This document shows, piece after piece, positions 59,170-64,000 of a stretch of 64,000 nucleotides of DNA (position 1 is its first letter; each line of letters opens with the position of its first letter). The translations under genes and the position numbers were made by a program. The DNA is from Phyllosticta citribraziliensis. Its lineage: Eukaryota. Location of the stretch: NCBI RefSeq assembly GCF_038025025.1, contig NW_027117345.1, forward strand, positions 434,001 to 498,000. Direction: 5' to 3'. The notes under the pieces are model-generated. The model saw only the letters and a program-made list of their open reading frames with translations. It made no database searches and was not told the origin of the DNA.

Positions 59170-62100
59170 ATGTCGGGGATACAGGACACGTCCGCTGAGT
59201 CGCATCATGGCGGCGACTCATCTGCCCCGCGGACGGCAGGAAGCTCGTCTGCGCCCTCACTCGGCGACGATGGTCCAAATTCACCAGCAGACCCATGGGC
59301 GGTTCAGCTGTTGCTGATTCTTCAACCGTGGATAATACACTTCAAATCGCCGGGCTACATCAAGGCCGACACGGTGAAGAAGCTCGATTTATTGTCCAAG
59401 AAGATCCTCAAGCGCACCGTCAAGGAAGAAGATGTCCGGTACGACGAATCCATCGCATAAATTCTAGACATTCAAAGTTGACGAGACCAAGGTACACAAT
59501 CGGCTCCAATCCCAAAATCTGGCAATATCTCAGTGAATTGCTTCAAGCCGCAGTCCCATCCCTCGAAACACGCTCGTTCGCGCCACCCGACCCCGCCGCA
59601 CCTGAGTTCGAGGGCGCCTCGGTGACTCTCATCGCCTCCAACTACAGCACTTTGATGAAGGATTTGGAGCGACTGATCGATCTCGTATCCATCGGCCGCA
59701 ACTCTCTCACAATCGGGGAAGAGGCTCAGGAACTTGCGGCAAAGATGCAGTTTGACTCGGAAATATTCAAGCTGACGTCTGTTTGCGTAAAGGCAACCGC
59801 TAGAGGGTTTGACGGCGATGCTGGGACACAGGATGGGACGCGGTGGCAAGATGTGATCAATTCTTGTGGGTGAAGCGAGTTTGCTCCTCTGACTGTTGAC
59901 TAACCTTCCCCAGACAAGAAGCTGCTCATTACCTGTCTGCAGTTCCTCAACAACCTTGTCGCTCGTAACGAGCGGCGCAAACTGATGCTCTGGGTCGAGC
60001 TATTTGATGGATCGCCCGAAGGAGCCTTCAGGCCAGGCTCGAGGCCGCCGTTTGAGACGTCTGGATTGACCACTTCGCCCGAACAAGACTGGAGCTCGGT
60101 GCCATACTCTGATTTTACGGCCAAAGCAATCAAGGACCTGTCCACGGGTGCAGGATCAGGCTCGCAGCAGCGTGCGTCTTCTCCGTTTCTGCTCTACATT
60201 GGGAAGATTGGGATGGACGTCAAGCGTTCTCTGCTTGCAAAGGGCGAAAAGGCCGGGGCCACTGAAATTGCGGCCGAGTGCAAGAAGAGATGGCAGGAGA
60301 TGCCCCAGGAGTCGCGAGACGTAGGTCCCGTGTCTATTTTTCACTTAATAATGCTAAACTGGGACTCAGGAATGGCACCTTTTGTACAACGATCTCATGG
60401 CCAAATACCGGCAGGACGCGACGTTGCTCAAGTCAATCAAGCCACCGTCTGAGCTGAAGCCAATTGATCCCAACGCGAGCCAAGAAGAGAACGTTGCTGC
60501 TCTCGCTGCAAGCATCAATCAACTCCAGCTGGAAGTCGACCGTATGAAGAAAGCCTTGCTGTCGTCGAAAAGCAAAATGCTCACCTACCCTTCAGCACAA
60601 CCAAAGATTACGCCGACCGATGTCCTCAAACGGTGGGATATTGAGAATTTCCCGCTCACTACCAGGCTCCCGGAATCGCCCGCCGCGAGCGAGGCAGACT
60701 TTCGCATGGCCTACTCGGCAGCCTATGGAGCAAACATTCTCCAAGAAGGAAAAGACGATCTTATGAAGCGACTCGAAACCTTCCCGGAGCGCGTCCCGGC
60801 CCAGCGCGTGTCTGAAGCATCCCCCTCTTCGCCTGTAATATCACCCGCATCCCCCAACGCCACCGAACCAGCCGAAGACATTGGAGACGACGTCAGTGAG
60901 GAGGAGGACAGTGAGGACGACGACTATGTGGTTTCGGGCGACGACGGCCGAGGCTTGCTGACTGATGTGCCTTTGATTTTGGCGCCCTCTGAGATTGAGG
61001 TCCTGCCCATGATCATCATGTCTGGAATAGTGCCTCCACCCGAGGGAGCGTCCAACTATGGTGTCCTTGCGGACGAGATTGCCGCCATCAAGAATATGCA
61101 CACAGTCCGGTGCCATCTTCTGCTGGCGCAGGACAACGGAAGAAATCTGCTGCGCGAGCTGTTGATTTTCGTTGCGGCCTGGGATCTACGCGAGGAAGAG
61201 CTCTACTTCAAGTTCATGGTCAAGATTACCGAGGCCGTCCTCATGAATGGGCTCTTGCCATTTTCATATCACGCATTCCGCGAAACCAAGGACATTATTT
61301 CGCCTGCTCAAGGAGTCATTATGAAGTTGTTGACCAACATCTTCAAATCGAGGCAGAACCAAGCACTGGAAGCTGCCAAGGACCACGGGGATGGCCAGGG
61401 GTCCTCATACCCGTTGCGTGTCGACGTTCACATGGTCAACTTTTTGTTCACCGAGTTCCGACGTCACATCATCCCTCAAACATGTGCTCTGATCTTCCTT
61501 CAGGGTCAGATCAAGGCCGGAAATGCTCACCCTGAAGACTTTCCCCTCAACCTGTGGGACATGGAGCGCATGTACGAAGGAGTGTACCAGTATCTCGAAT
61601 TCTTTGCCATCTTGACGGAGCACGATGTGTGGAAGAAGATGATGGCCGACTGGGAGATTACCAGTGAACTCATTACGCTTCTGAAGGAGCTCGACTCAGC
61701 GTTGCCCAAGCAAACTTTGCTTGCGAGAAGGCCACCGACGATGCCCGAAAGCCACAGATCGACAAGCCCTCAGCCTCCGCCAGGCTCAGGTCCTGCTCCT
61801 GCTCCAGTGGCAGTCGAGCGCCCGTATGACGTCGGGGCGCCGACGGTGCCTTCGGACCAGTTTCCGGCACCTTCTTCGTCCAGCGGGCAGTATGTAGAGG
61901 ACCCAAGCGAAGAGCCTTCGGACTTTGAATGGCGAAATTTGAAGAAGCTGACAGTTTTGGTCTTGACTTCGCTGGTGTGGAAGAGCCGCAAAGTTCAGGA
62001 CCAGGTGCGGGCATATGGGGGCGTCGAGGCGATTCTGAATTGCTGTCAGTACGACGAAGGGAACCCTTACATCAAGGAGCACGCAATCATGTGCCTGAGG

Positions 62101-62535
62101 TTCTTGCTCGAGGGCAACAAGGAGAATCAGGACGTGATTCGCGATCTGGAGCCTCAGGGAGTGGTTCCAAACGAAGTGCTGGACCATCACGGATACGAAA
62201 CATTCTGGGACCAGCACGGCCAGGTCAGTCTGCGTCGCAAAGAAGTGGGTGCTCTGGCGAGCGCCAAGGCGGCGGCAGCAGCAGTTCAGGCGGCAGCGGA
62301 CGCTGTGCGGATCGGATCAGAGTTCAGCAGCAGTGGCAGTGGCAGCAACAGTGCAAAGGACGGAGGGACAGAGGGTGAGAGGAAGAGGCCGCCTCAGATT
62401 GGATCGGGACAGGCGAATCTGGATCTGCTGATGCAGCAGGTGATGAGGGACCTGCCGGCGACGGTGCAGGGAGCAAGACGAGATGCGGAGAAGGCGGCGG
62501 CACTGGCGAAGCTCGACAAGACATTCAAGAAGTGA
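59170..62535 (+). CDS. CTR86: Ataxin-10 homologue (armadillo-type) with HMG-box-like insert
   Basis: C-terminal ataxin-10 motif VQDQVRAYGGVEAILNCCQYDEGNPYIKEHAIMCLRFLLEGNKENQ; introns 59439..59491, ~59866..59914, 60321..60369. Confidence 0.88.
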
Positions 62536-63900
62536 GGTGAGAGTTGTGGTGGGTGTGGTGGGTGCATTTCTCTGGCGTCATTGGGGAATGCTGTGATTGG
62601 GCTGAAACGGGAAAAAGAGCACATGGTGCCGGCGTCCTGGAGTCTGGTTTGACAAGCTGCTGAGATGGGGTGAGGATGGCATGGAGTTGACGCTGTGTCT
62701 GCGGGCTGCGTCGAGGAAGTCTGGGTATAACATGGAGGCCTCGCTGTCGCATTTCTAGAGTGTTTTGGCACTTTCAAGTCTCATTGCTGCATTCTCACTC
62801 CGATGTCTTCATCTGCCATGTCGAGAGACGTGTTCTCGTCGTTTGTACCCCTGTTCCAGCCATGGAATCCAGCTTTTGGACCGCTCAACCCCGGCCGCCA
62901 TACATTTTGATTGCCAAAGTCAAGAGTTTGGATATGTTCCCAAAGCGCCCAATCACAGCGACGTCTGGATGAAGCTCGACTGGAGAGGAGGATCCAGCTG
63001 AGTCAGCATCGTGAGGATGACACCTCAGGAAGAAAGGGATCGGCATCTTCGGCGGGTGCCGGCTGCCGACTGCCGAAGGCCGCACGGGCCGCAGCAACTC
63101 ACACCACCGTCTCGCGACTCACGCGAGCGTTGGCTGTTCCGTCACGCCAGCGCTGCACCACCTCGCTCCCTTCCAATCACATTCGGCCCAATTCAACGCC
63201 CAACGTCAATCCTCGCTCTCGGCAGGGCTGACCGACATGGATGGAATCACGACACCTGCACTCCTGCACTCCTGCTTTCCCCGGATTAGCTCCAACGGCC
63301 AAGCCAATTCTGCACAACCCTCGCCCCTTGCGGCTCTCTGATTGCTTGCGGCTCTCAACGGCCAGCCCGCCGACGCTGCCGCGACTCAGCCCGCTCGGCA
63401 TTGGAGCGAAATGCTGAGCAGGATCTGATGCCCGGTACGGGTGCAAACGGGACTGCCTCTTTGATCATGATGCCACGAGTATTGACTGGCCCCCGTCTCA
63501 GCTGATGCAAAACCTGGTTCCGGTTGCCGCGGTGGCCGACCGTTGACCGTTGGCCGTTGGAAGGGCCATGCCGATGATGGATGAGCCATGACCAAAGCCT
63601 ACGCCTTCTGTGTATATATTGTTCGTGCTGGCGCGAGGTAGGTGGTTTTTTTCCTTCATCATCACAATCAACACAACAGTCTGTGGATAATTCGACTTCT
63701 CTTCGCCTTGTCTATATCGACCTCAAAACATCACTCTACAATTCGCTGTCCATAAATCGACACCCTCCTCAATCGCAATCAACCACCAAGAAACTCTCCA
63801 AACAAATCATATATCGAAGCCAAGTTTCAAATCGCTTCGCCTCTTCCGATAAACCAACAAATCAACCACCCACCAAAAAACCACCACTCCAAAACCAGAA

Positions 63901-64000
63901 ATGGCATTCCGTCCCTCGCCCATCCGCGCATTTCTCCGCTCCGCGCGCAACCTGCTCCCCAAGGAAGCCCACCCCGTCGGCCGCTACCCATCCGCGGGCC
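63901..64000 (+). CDS. 5' end of a gene running out of the window, possible mitochondrial presequence
   Basis: ATG after a C/A-rich leader; MAFRPSPIRAFLRSARNLLPKEAHP open to the window edge; TATATA near 63613. Confidence 0.5.
   Translation, partial: MAFRPSPIRAFLRSARNLLPKEAHPVGRYPSAG

Noticed and set aside
1546..62535. Stop-codon readthrough to cryptic PTS1 (TGA-CTA context) in the annotated genes
   Set aside because: None of the stop codons I inspected has the TGA-CTA readthrough context

Overview
Eukaryotic, intron-containing DNA from a filamentous ascomycete; the short GT-AG introns with CTRAC branch points and gene content suggest Pezizomycotina, possibly a Dothideomycete (inference). 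About 19 protein genes can be modelled by hand: an SLC35E-type transporter (3' part), MED7, a head-to-head biotin carboxylase/carboxyltransferase pair, an orphan, a secreted Gly/Pro/Ser repeat protein with Kex2 sites, a Bet v1-like protein, an HSP20, an Smr-domain protein, HUL4-like HECT ligase, REI1, YSC84, two SDRs, PAN2, PCK1, a Tc1/IS630-type HTH-only ORF, a PDR ABC transporter, an ataxin-10 homologue and a gene start at the right edge. There is also an intron-containing tRNA-Cys. The best candidate for an undescribed system is the divergent two-subunit acyl-CoA carboxylase: one subunit ends in a PTS1, the other has a PTS2-like nonapeptide, and the shared promoter has a FarA/FarB-type motif, suggesting a peroxisomal carboxylation step. 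Other highlights are a possibly domesticated transposase DNA-binding domain, an HMG-box-like insert in ataxin-10, a 994-nt structured intron, a candidate Pol III ncRNA and a frameshifted repeat-protein pseudogene. All family calls come from motif recognition by eye; no searches were run.
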